In this document: in pieces, positions 55,866 through 64,000 of the stretch
How positions within the stretch are numbered: the stretch's first letter is position 1
Layout: each line of letters begins with the position of its first letter
From: an uncultured Bacteroidales bacterium
GTDB lineage: Bacteria; Bacteroidota; Bacteroidia; Bacteroidales; VadinHA17
Direction: 5' to 3'
Length of the DNA stretch: 64,000 nucleotides
Assembly: GCA_963825165.1 (NCBI GenBank)
Contig: CAWGRY010000001.1
Coordinates: 116,616-180,615, forward strand
Notes under the pieces: generated by a model
Databases searched by the model: none
Seen by the model: the letters and a program-made list of their open reading frames with translations, nothing else
What the model was told of the DNA's origin: nothing
Translations under genes and position numbers: made by a program

Positions 55866-58595
55866 ATGTCAAAAGTTAAGCGTGTTTATTCCTTCGGCAA
55901 GAAGATAGCTGAGGGCGGGGCAGATATGAAAAATCTGCTTGGCGGCAAAGGAGCCAACCTGGCTGAAATGTGTCTTCTGGGCCTCCCGGTACCGGCAGGT
56001 TTCACCATCACCACTGATGTTTGTACCGAGTATTATGACAACAACTGTCAGTTGCCCGGAGAGCTCATGCCAGAGGTATGGGAAGCCATGACCAAGGCGG
56101 AACAAGCCATGGGAATGAAATATGGTGACAAGGATAATGCTCTTCTGGTCTCATGCCGTTCCGGTGCCCGCAGCTCTATGCCCGGTATGATGGACACAGT
56201 GCTGAATGTCGGCCTCTGCTCGGCAACAATCCCCGGACTCATCAAGAAAACAAACAACCCCCGTTTTGTATGGGATTCCTATCGCCGTCTCATTATGATG
56301 TATGCCGATGTGGTTATGGAAAAGGCAGAAGGCATTGAGCCGACAGACGGTAAAGGCATTCGCAAGCAGCTTGACGAGATGCTCGATGAGTACAAGCACG
56401 CGAAGGGATACAAGTCAGATACTGACCTCTCCGCCGATGATCTCAAGTATCTTGCTGAGGAATTCAAAAAGAAAGTAAAAAAATCACTGGGCAGTGAATT
56501 TCCCGATGATGCCCGTCAGCAGCTGGAAGGCGGAATCAAGGCCGTTTTCAAGAGCTGGAATGGCAAGAAAGCTGTCTCCTACCGTCGTATTGAAGGAATT
56601 CCTGACGCATGGGGAACAGCAGTTAACGTTCAGGCAATGGTATTTGGCAACATGGGTGATTCATCAGCTACCGGTGTCGCATTCACACGTAACCCCGCCA
56701 CAGGTGAGAATCTCTTCTATGGCGAATGGCTGGTTAATGCACAGGGCGAAGATGTCGTGGCAGGAATCCGCACCCCCAATCCTCTCAACGAGGCTACCAA
56801 GAACGAGCAGAACAAGCACCTGCACTCGATGCAGGAAGCAATGCCCGGAACTTATAAGGAACTCAGCGATATCCGTGATATCCTCGAGAAAGCTTATCAT
56901 GACATGCTTGATATCGAGTTTACCATTCAGGAAGGTGTTCTCTACATGCTGCAGTGCCGCGTAGGAAAGCGTACTGGCACCGCCGCACTGAACATGGCCA
57001 TGGATATGCTTGCCGAAGGCCTTATCGATGAGAAGAAGGCTGTCCTCAGGGTTGACCCGGTACAGCTTGACGAACTGCTCCATCCTATCTGTGATCCGGC
57101 AGTGGAAAAGACTGTTACACCTATCGTAAAAGGTCTTCCCGCCGGTCCCGGCGCTGCTGTCGGAAAAGTGGTATTCACCGCTGAAGACGCAGTTGCATGG
57201 AACCGCAAAGGTGAAAAGGTAATCCTCGTTCGCGAAGAGACCAATCCTGAAGATGTGGAAGGTATGCGTGCCGCTGAAGGTATCCTCACAGCACGCGGCG
57301 GTATGACCTCACACGCTGCTCTTGTGGCACGCGGCTGGGGCAAATGCTGCATCGTCGGCGCAGGAGCACTGCATGTTGACCTCGCAGGCAGGAAGGTAAA
57401 AATCGCCGGAACAGACATTACATTCAAGGAAGGTGATGTTCTCACCCTGAACGGGACAAAAGGTTGTGCATACAGCGGAGCACTCAAGCTCATGGATGCA
57501 ACCGAGAACCCAAGGTTCCAGCAGTTCATGAAGATAGTTGATTCATGCCGCACAATGGGTGTCCGCACCAACGCCGATAACCCTGATGATGCAAGAGTGG
57601 CTCGCGAATTCGGTGCCGAAGGTATCGGTCTCTTCCGTACAGAGCACATGTTCTACGGTAAAGGATCAGAGAAGCCTCTCTTCCTTCTCCGCAAGATGAT
57701 TCTCAGCGAAGGCGAGAAAGAACGCAGGGTTGCTCTGGAGGAGTTGTTCCCGTTCGTCAAGAAAGATATGAAAGGTACACTTGAAGCAATGAACAATCTT
57801 CCTGTGACCTTCCGTCTCCTTGACCCTCCGCTTCATGAGTTTGTTCCCCAGGGAGTCGAAAAACAAACCGAGCTTGCAAAGGCACTCGGCATATCTGTTG
57901 AGGCAATAGCCAAACGCGGTGAGGCTCTGCACGAGTCCAACCCGATGATGGGGCATCGCGGAGTACGCCTGGGCATAACCTACCCCGAGGTATCAGAAAT
58001 GCAGATCAGGGCGATGTTTGAAGCTACTGCAGAGTTGCTGAAGGAAGGTAAGAATCCGATACCTGAGTTGATGGTACCCGTCACCTGCGATGTCTCTGAA
58101 CTGGATGTAACGAAAAAGATTTACGACAGGGTCCATGACGAAGTATGCAAAAAGTTCGGCCTCAGCAAGATCGAAAACAAATACGGCACCATGATTGAGA
58201 TACCGCGTGCCTGTCTGCTTGCCGACAGGATGGCAAAGACCGCCGAGTTCTTCTCATTCGGAACCAATGACCTGACACAGATGACATTTGGTTTCAGCCG
58301 TGATGACATCGGAGGTTTCCTGAATGAATACCTGGATAAGAAGATGCTTGCTGCTGACCCGTTCCAGACAATTGACCAGGATGGCGTCGGACAGCTGATA
58401 ACCATGGCAGTGCAGAAGGGCCGTGCCACAACTCCTAAGCTGAAAGTAGGTATCTGCGGCGAACAGGGCGGTGACCCGGCATCAGTGGAGTTCTGCTTTA
58501 AGAACGGACTTAATTATGTCAGCTGCTCACCTTTCAGAGTGCCGATAGCACGTCTCGCCGCTGCACAGGCATCATTGAAATTCGGTAAGAAGTAG
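55866..58595 (+). CDS. ppdK: Pyruvate, phosphate dikinase
   Basis: 909 aa. N-terminus LLGGKGANLAEM, phosphohistidine motif RGGMTSHAALVARGWGK, and a C-terminal PEP-utilising TIM barrel (GICGEQGGDP). Confidence 0.95.
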   Translation: MSKVKRVYSFGKKIAEGGADMKNLLGGKGANLAEMCLLGLPVPAGFTITTDVCTEYYDNNCQLPGELMPEVWEAMTKAEQAMGMKYGDKDNALLVSCRSGARSSMPGMMDTVLNVGLCSATIPGLIKKTNNPRFVWDSYRRLIMMYADVVMEKAEGIEPTDGKGIRKQLDEMLDEYKHAKGYKSDTDLSADDLKYLAEEFKKKVKKSLGSEFPDDARQQLEGGIKAVFKSWNGKKAVSYRRIEGIPDAWGTAVNVQAMVFGNMGDSSATGVAFTRNPATGENLFYGEWLVNAQGEDVVAGIRTPNPLNEATKNEQNKHLHSMQEAMPGTYKELSDIRDILEKAYHDMLDIEFTIQEGVLYMLQCRVGKRTGTAALNMAMDMLAEGLIDEKKAVLRVDPVQLDELLHPICDPAVEKTVTPIVKGLPAGPGAAVGKVVFTAEDAVAWNRKGEKVILVREETNPEDVEGMRAAEGILTARGGMTSHAALVARGWGKCCIVGAGALHVDLAGRKVKIAGTDITFKEGDVLTLNGTKGCAYSGALKLMDATENPRFQQFMKIVDSCRTMGVRTNADNPDDARVAREFGAEGIGLFRTEHMFYGKGSEKPLFLLRKMILSEGEKERRVALEELFPFVKKDMKGTLEAMNNLPVTFRLLDPPLHEFVPQGVEKQTELAKALGISVEAIAKRGEALHESNPMMGHRGVRLGITYPEVSEMQIRAMFEATAELLKEGKNPIPELMVPVTCDVSELDVTKKIYDRVHDEVCKKFGLSKIENKYGTMIEIPRACLLADRMAKTAEFFSFGTNDLTQMTFGFSRDDIGGFLNEYLDKKMLAADPFQTIDQDGVGQLITMAVQKGRATTPKLKVGICGEQGGDPASVEFCFKNGLNYVSCSPFRVPIARLAAAQASLKFGKK

Positions 58596-58606
58596 ACCAT
58601 GAATCG

Positions 58607-58682
58607 GATTTGCGATTTGCGATTTGCGATTTGCGATTGAAAAGAAAAAAGAATCGAAAATCGACAATCCAAAATCGAAAAT
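58607..58682. repeat. Heptanucleotide tandem repeat (GATTTGC x4.7) forming one arm of a long imperfect inverted repeat
   Basis: GATTTGC copies at 58607, 58614, 58621 and 58628, plus a partial copy at 58635. The arm at 58651-58682 (GAATCGAAAATCGACAATCCAAAATCGAAAAT) pairs with it, with a mismatch about every 7 nt. A T9 run follows at about 58706-58715. Confidence 0.8.
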
Positions 58683-58723
58683 AATAAGAGCCCCGACACC
58701 GTCAGCTTTTTTTTTGACCTGAT

Positions 58724-61144
58724 TTACCTGATCCTTATAAACATCAATGAGGAGGATGATACCCCTTCAGGTGACCCCGCTTCCAGCCTGATTATATAAC
58801 TGCCGGCAGGCAGTCCGGCTGACGGCGTCCAGTTATGTAAACAAGGTCCGGGATTTTCTTTCCCGTGAAAGATGTTTTCAGCCCTTCTTCCGTCAGGAGT
58901 GAAGAGGTCAAGAGAGACCTCAGCAGCGGACCTTAAGGTATATGTCACAGTTACCGATGACGATGAAGGGTTTGGATAAATCGTAAAACCGCTTCCCTCC
59001 TCAATGTCTTCCCTTATTGCTGTCGGGGTAATCACCATGGCATCATCAAAAATCATTGTCCCCTGCTTTGCCCCTCCGGGGGTCTGATTAATGACCAGGC
59101 TGTGATACTGCCAGTCGCCATTGCCTCCTATCCGGCTGAAAGGCACTGAAACCAGATCCCATCCCGCCCAGTCAACAGTGTCTGCAAAGACTATCTGGTT
59201 AACACTTCCCGGCGAATAAAACCAGTACTCAAGCACATTATTGCTCAAGTCACCGTACACCCACATCGCAAACGATGAAGACAGGTTGCTGCCTATTACC
59301 GGCTTGCGCGTGTCGAAAACCCTGCATATGCCTCCGCTCTCACCCGTGAAAACATAGTCAAGCCTGCCTGCCACGCTGCCGCTGCGGAGAATATCATAGG
59401 AAGGGGCGAATGTTGTAAGCGGATTGTCAGTGCCTGTGGTGCTGCCGCTGGCTTCCGGATCCCAGAAACCCGATATGTCATCAAACGGATCCACCACCGT
59501 GCCGGTTTCATATGCCTTTGTGCGGGTGGTAAAAGCGTACTCTTTGTTCTCACCAAGCGTAAGACCCGTGATATCCTTCACACCGGCATCGAGGATAATA
59601 CGGTACTGGCTGTTAACATTCAGAGGCTGGTCAGCCTCGAAGCTGTAAATATTCTTGCCGTTAACGGTTGTAAACTTCTCCCCTGATTTGACAAGCGGCT
59701 CCGACTGACTGTTGACAAGCCTGATCCCCGCAGAGGCAGAAGCCTGGTCAGGAGGCGCATCAAGGAAAACAGTTATCCTGGGATACAATGTCACCCCCGA
59801 AAACCCTTCTGAGGGATAGATTCTTTCCATTTTAAGTTTTGTACGCGATTTGGTAACAAAGCTGTACTGAAACTCAGACAAGAGGGGTACGTTCCATTGT
59901 GAGCAGGCGCCGGTGACCAGCCTCAGCTGATAATTAGTCATGCTGGCAAATCCAACCTCCGGTTTAACTGTCAGTACCTTGCTCCTCTCATCCCATTCAT
60001 AGACAACGCTGACATCAGGACTGAACATCAGGTTGGTCTCGACAACATTCCTGTTCATAGGTATGTTGAACACAAAAGTAAATTCCTGGTTAAATGGCAG
60101 ACTGTCGGCTGTGCTGGTAATAAAATCAAGAACCACAGGGAACCTGGTAGTATCAAATACCGGGAGGAAGTCTGCCAGTGTGGTCTTCCCGGCGGTTACA
60201 GCAACGTCAATAGTCTGGTTTAAGAAATCAGGTATCCCGCTGCAGATAATCTCGTAATTTCCCGGTGTCAGCGAATCGAACATAAAAAATCCGTTATTCA
60301 GGTTATCGAGAGTGACGGCTATGTTACCAGGCATGAGGGTGACCACAGCATTGTTGAAGGGCATGTTTTCGTCTCTCGTTCCAGGTTTGAAATAGTACGA
60401 AGGTGAAGACATTTTGTCTCTTACCGTTCCTGCAATTATCCCTGTTGGTTCGGGTAAAACATTCCCGTACTGAGCCAGGGCCCTGAATATAGCCCACGAC
60501 TCATGATGAAGGTGATTATTGTTTTTTAGCCTCCATGATTCAGGAATATAATCATGATATGATCCTTCAGAAAGGACACCCGGCATTGTCAGTGTTCTGA
60601 GAACGCCGAGACCGACCTTGTCACCCCACTCCGGATAGAAGGTCCAGTCGCCCTTAACCCATTCAAAGGTATTCGTCCAGCAGTTGCCCTTTTCGAACAG
60701 CCTGGCCCACAGTATCTGAGCCATGACCTTTGAGGCAGGGTATACCGGCTGGTCATCGTATCCTCTGAAAAGCACAAGTGGCTGGTTGCGTGTACCGTCA
60801 AATCCGTTGCTGTGAATTGCAACAAAGATATCGGCATTGGCTGTATTGGCCATGGCGGCGATGGACGAGAGCGGAAGGTCATCGGAAGTATAATTGGTTG
60901 TTCGCGACATGAATACAGTGGCATTACGGTTTGTCAGCAAATCGCGGAGAAAGAGTCCTTTCTCAAGGTTGCCCTCCGACTCCCAGAAGTCAGTGGCGAG
61001 CATGTGCCTGTCATCCGAATCATTTCCTCCGTGGCCGGGATTGAGAAAAATCCTCATGCCGGCAAAATCGGCCTTCTGACCATACTGAACCGACGGAAAA
61101 AAAAGACTTACCGTAATGAGCCCGGTCATGAACCACTTCTTCAT
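58724..61144 (-). CDS. N-acetylmuramoyl-L-alanine amidase (Amidase_3-like) fused to Ig-like domains and a T9SS type A C-terminal sorting domain
   Basis: The N-terminal region FLNPGHGGNDSD...FVAIHSNGF fits the Amidase_3 zinc-site pattern. The C-terminus FTIYPNPSSSSVTVTY...GSYIIRLEAG is a type A Por sorting domain. 806 aa. Confidence 0.75.
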   Translation of the reverse strand: MKKWFMTGLITVSLFFPSVQYGQKADFAGMRIFLNPGHGGNDSDDRHMLATDFWESEGNLEKGLFLRDLLTNRNATVFMSRTTNYTSDDLPLSSIAAMANTANADIFVAIHSNGFDGTRNQPLVLFRGYDDQPVYPASKVMAQILWARLFEKGNCWTNTFEWVKGDWTFYPEWGDKVGLGVLRTLTMPGVLSEGSYHDYIPESWRLKNNNHLHHESWAIFRALAQYGNVLPEPTGIIAGTVRDKMSSPSYYFKPGTRDENMPFNNAVVTLMPGNIAVTLDNLNNGFFMFDSLTPGNYEIICSGIPDFLNQTIDVAVTAGKTTLADFLPVFDTTRFPVVLDFITSTADSLPFNQEFTFVFNIPMNRNVVETNLMFSPDVSVVYEWDERSKVLTVKPEVGFASMTNYQLRLVTGACSQWNVPLLSEFQYSFVTKSRTKLKMERIYPSEGFSGVTLYPRITVFLDAPPDQASASAGIRLVNSQSEPLVKSGEKFTTVNGKNIYSFEADQPLNVNSQYRIILDAGVKDITGLTLGENKEYAFTTRTKAYETGTVVDPFDDISGFWDPEASGSTTGTDNPLTTFAPSYDILRSGSVAGRLDYVFTGESGGICRVFDTRKPVIGSNLSSSFAMWVYGDLSNNVLEYWFYSPGSVNQIVFADTVDWAGWDLVSVPFSRIGGNGDWQYHSLVINQTPGGAKQGTMIFDDAMVITPTAIREDIEEGSGFTIYPNPSSSSVTVTYTLRSAAEVSLDLFTPDGRRAENIFHGKENPGPCLHNWTPSAGLPAGSYIIRLEAGSPEGVSSSSLMFIRIR

Positions 61145-62076
61145 CTCACCCTGAGCTTCATTATAAAAATTTCACCTTTATCGGTACAAAAAGCAAGCTT
61201 CTTTCCGCCGGAAAACGGGAACGGGTACATTTCGGTCCGGTTTCCGGTATCAGTCAGGTAACTCCTCTTTTCAGCAGGAAGTGAATAGTAGACAATTTCT
61301 GATGAGACCACCCTGTGCCCGTCGTCTTTGTCATCCATACCTATTATTATATAATCATTCAGCCACTTCGGGGCATTGATTTTGCCCGCATCGTAAAGGA
61401 TACGACCTTCTTTATTACAAATAAAGGTATTGCGTCCCTGAAAGCTGTAAACGATTTTGGATTTGTCAGGCGATAGCGAAACCCAGATGTAATAACCATC
61501 TCCGCTGGGCCTGAGTGGCCTCCTCTCACCTCCTGCATAAAGGACAGGGACCAGATCCTCGATTACAACAAAAATATCGTCTCCGGTGCTCTTAAGTAAC
61601 TCTGAGCCTGATGTCTCAACTCTGCTCTTGTTTTCTGATTTTATCAGTATCCGGTTACCGGAGACAGCTGCTGGCATGACACCTCTTTCTTTATCCAGGA
61701 GAGTTGAGGTCTCACCGGTTACAAGATCATATTTATAGAGGGAAGTATATTTTTTCTGTTCGGCAAAAATATCTGACCTGTATATCACACTCTTACCGTC
61801 TTCTGTGATGGCGGGTTCATAACCGGCACCAGGGTCAGAACTGATTTGCCGGATCTTCCCGCGCCGTGTATCCATCAGAGAGAGGCCTTTATAACCCTCC
61901 GCAGTCACAAGTAAAAAACGTGAGCCGGGCACCGTGCCTGTCAGCATGTATGTTCCGTTATCCTGAGGCCTGACTTTGGTAACCGACCTTATTCTCAGCT
62001 CCTGCCCTGATGCGCTCAGGGCAAGGGATACAAGCAGTAAAAAAACGAAAGCTCTCATGTCATGCAGTAATAACAT
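61141..62076 (-). CDS. TolB-like beta-propeller protein with signal peptide
   Basis: 311 aa with PD40/WD40-like repeats (DPGAGYEPAITEDGKSVIYRS, SLSPDKSKIVYSF). Its stop overlaps the downstream gene start (ATGA at 61141-61144). An alternative start is at 62058. Confidence 0.6.
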   Translation of the reverse strand: MLLLHDMRAFVFLLLVSLALSASGQELRIRSVTKVRPQDNGTYMLTGTVPGSRFLLVTAEGYKGLSLMDTRRGKIRQISSDPGAGYEPAITEDGKSVIYRSDIFAEQKKYTSLYKYDLVTGETSTLLDKERGVMPAAVSGNRILIKSENKSRVETSGSELLKSTGDDIFVVIEDLVPVLYAGGERRPLRPSGDGYYIWVSLSPDKSKIVYSFQGRNTFICNKEGRILYDAGKINAPKWLNDYIIIGMDDKDDGHRVVSSEIVYYSLPAEKRSYLTDTGNRTEMYPFPFSGGKKLAFCTDKGEIFIMKLRVR

Positions 62077-62194
62077 TTAAAGATAACTATTTAGCTTGTC
62101 ACAATATTATATCAATATATTGCCGGCCTGACATTTATCACAATCCGGTATTACTTAATATTGTTAACTTTATCACCACTACCTAATACCTGTT

Positions 62195-63814
62195 ATGAAA
62201 TCAAAAGAAATTCTGGACCAGTATGGTATCACGGATGTTAAGGAATTCATCTATAATCCGTCTTATGAGCAGCTCTTTGCCGAGGAGACATCACCGGCAA
62301 ATGAAGGTTTTGAAAGAGGCACCGTTACGAATACCGGCGCCGTGGCGGTTGATACAGGTATCTTTACAGGCAGGTCGCCCAAGGACAAGTATATTGTACA
62401 TGATGCCAAAACTGAGAAAACAGTATGGTGGAAATCGGAAACGGCCACTGTATCCGATAACAAACCTGCAACAGCTGAAGCATGGGAACACTGTAAAAAG
62501 ATCACCCTGAGGCAGCTCTCCGGCAGGAAGCTTTTCGTGGTTGACTGTTACTGCGGGGCCAATGCTGATACCAGGCTGAATGTGAGGTTCGTCATGGAAG
62601 TGGCATGGCAGGCCCATTTCGTAAAGAACATGTTCATAAGGCCGTCAGAGGCTGAGCTCGGATCATTCCAGCCTGATTTTGTAGTACTCATGGCATCGAA
62701 AACCACCAATGCCGAATACAAACAGTTCGGAATGAATTCCGAGAATTTCGTGCTGTTCAATCTTACTGAGAACATGGCTCTTGTAGGAGGCACGTGGTAC
62801 GGCGGCGAGATGAAGAAAGGCATCTTCTCCGTGATGAACTACTACCTTCCTCTCAGAGGCATCGCATCAATGCATTGCTCAGCCAATGTCGGGAAGAATG
62901 AAGATGTGGCTATCTTCTTCGGCCTGTCCGGAACGGGCAAGACTACGCTCTCAACTGACCCTGACAGGGCTCTGATTGGTGATGATGAACACGGATGGGA
63001 CGACGCCGGCATCTTCAACTTTGAGGGAGGGTGTTATGCCAAGTGCATTAATCTCAGCCCCAGGAATGAGCCTGACATTTACAAGGCCATCCGCCGTGAT
63101 GCCCTGCTCGAGAACGTAGTGGTCACCGGTGATGGGGAAATAGACTTTGCCAGCAATGCAAAAACAGAGAACACAAGGGTATCATACCCGATCTATCATA
63201 TTGACAACATAGTGCGGCCTGTATCAAAAGCCGGTCATGCAACCACGGTGATCTTTCTGACGGCTGATGCTTTCGGCGTCCTGCCACCGGTAGCCAGGCT
63301 GACCGAGGAGCAGACAAGGTATTTTTTCCTCAGCGGCTATACGGCCAAGGTTGCCGGAACCGAGCGGGGTATTGTAGAACCTCTCCCCTCTTTCTCAGCC
63401 TGTTTCGGTGCTGCCTTTCTCATGCTTGATCCGATCATTTATGCACATGAACTGACACGTAAGATGAAGGCGCACAAAGCCAATGCATGGCTCGTGAACA
63501 CCGGCTGGACGAGTGGCCCGTACGGTACCGGCAAACGTATTGATCTGCCCTCGACAAGAAATATCATCGACGCTATCCTGAGCAGGTCGCTTGACCATGT
63601 GCAGTTTGTCAACCTGCCGGTCTTCAACCTGAGCATACCTGTCGCAGTCGAAGGTGTGCCGGACGGACTGCTTGATCCGCGCAAGTCATGGGGCAGCAGG
63701 GAGAAATGGGAGACAGCAGCTAAAGACCTGGCCGGGAAATTCATTAAGAATTTCGGGAAATTCACTTCGAACACTGAAACGGCAAAACTTGTATCTTCGG
63801 GTCCGGAGTTGTAA
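62195..63814 (+). CDS. pckA: Phosphoenolpyruvate carboxykinase (ATP)
   Basis: 539 aa with [13 protein letters not shown], the kinase-1a motif [21 protein letters not shown] and NTGW. Confidence 0.95.
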   Translation: MKSKEILDQYGITDVKEFIYNPSYEQLFAEETSPANEGFERGTVTNTGAVAVDTGIFTGRSPKDKYIVHDAKTEKTVWWKSETATVSDNKPATAEAWEHCKKITLRQLSGRKLFVVDCYCGANADTRLNVRFVMEVAWQAHFVKNMFIRPSEAELGSFQPDFVVLMASKTTNAEYKQFGMNSENFVLFNLTENMALVGGTWYGGEMKKGIFSVMNYYLPLRGIASMHCSANVGKNEDVAIFFGLSGTGKTTLSTDPDRALIGDDEHGWDDAGIFNFEGGCYAKCINLSPRNEPDIYKAIRRDALLENVVVTGDGEIDFASNAKTENTRVSYPIYHIDNIVRPVSKAGHATTVIFLTADAFGVLPPVARLTEEQTRYFFLSGYTAKVAGTERGIVEPLPSFSACFGAAFLMLDPIIYAHELTRKMKAHKANAWLVNTGWTSGPYGTGKRIDLPSTRNIIDAILSRSLDHVQFVNLPVFNLSIPVAVEGVPDGLLDPRKSWGSREKWETAAKDLAGKFIKNFGKFTSNTETAKLVSSGPEL

Positions 63815-63823
63815 CAAAATATA

Positions 63824-64000
63824 ATGGTAGTATACCTATTTGTTCTGGCTTTGATCCTTTCGTACCTGGCCGGGTCCATCCCTTCTGCTGTGTGGGCAGG
63901 AAGGCTGTTCCACGGTATTGATATAAGGGAACACGGCAGCGGGAATGCAGGCGCCACAAACACAATAAGGGTGCTGGGATGGAAGACCGGCGTCCCGGTG
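63824..64000 (+). CDS. plsY: Glycerol-3-phosphate acyltransferase PlsY, 3'-truncated by the window end
   Basis: My translation is [59 protein letters not shown], which has the canonical PlsY N-terminus ([13 protein letters not shown]). Confidence 0.85.
   Translation, partial: MVVYLFVLALILSYLAGSIPSAVWAGRLFHGIDIREHGSGNAGATNTIRVLGWKTGVPV

Noticed and set aside
58607-58682. The repeat array as a possible CRISPR.
   Set aside because: The unit is only 7 nt with no spacers. The second block is an inverted, not direct, copy, and there are no cas genes in the window.
52872-63814. Clustering of three PEP/pyruvate-node enzymes (pyk, ppdK, pckA) within 11 kb as a possible metabolic island.
   Set aside because: The genes are on different strands and in separate transcription units, interspersed with unrelated genes. 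There is no sign of horizontal acquisition, so this is most likely coincidental core-genome proximity.

Overview
This is a gene-dense chromosomal segment, most likely from an anaerobic member of the Bacteroidota. Three things support that assignment: T9SS type A and type B C-terminal sorting domains, TAnnTTTG-type -7 boxes upstream of several genes, and the gene content (rubredoxin, PPDK/PckA, methylmalonyl-CoA decarboxylase-type genes). I found about 50 protein genes and no rRNA, tRNA, CRISPR array, transposase, prophage or recognisable defence gene. Most genes are housekeeping: glyA, RSH, purA, proS, tilS, aroC/aroB/aroQ, nth, pyk, ppdK, pckA, xerD, plsY, pepD and M16 peptidases.

Five things stand out:
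1. The nickel-pincer cofactor genes larC-larE-larB have no larA in the window. They are followed by a WbqC-family gene. They are transcribed divergently from a Tat-signal DUF362 protein and a NapH/NapG-like fused membrane polyferredoxin.
2. A three-gene minus-strand unit encodes two paralogous, extremely low-complexity lipoproteins followed by a FadL-like outer-membrane barrel. Each lipoprotein has an aromatic/Gly core and a long Ser/Thr/Arg tail encoded partly by tandem DNA repeats.
3. One operon joins mce-mmdA-small protein-BCCP directly to a fused citD-citE, citF and a rubredoxin. The rubredoxin is missing from the ORF track.
4. Single-base frame breaks interrupt glyA and a TonB-type gene within the first 2.5 kb.
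5. A heptanucleotide tandem repeat and long imperfect hairpin lie between ppdK and a T9SS-exported amidase.

All functional calls rest on motifs read from the translations. No database search was possible, so none of the hypotheses is confirmed.
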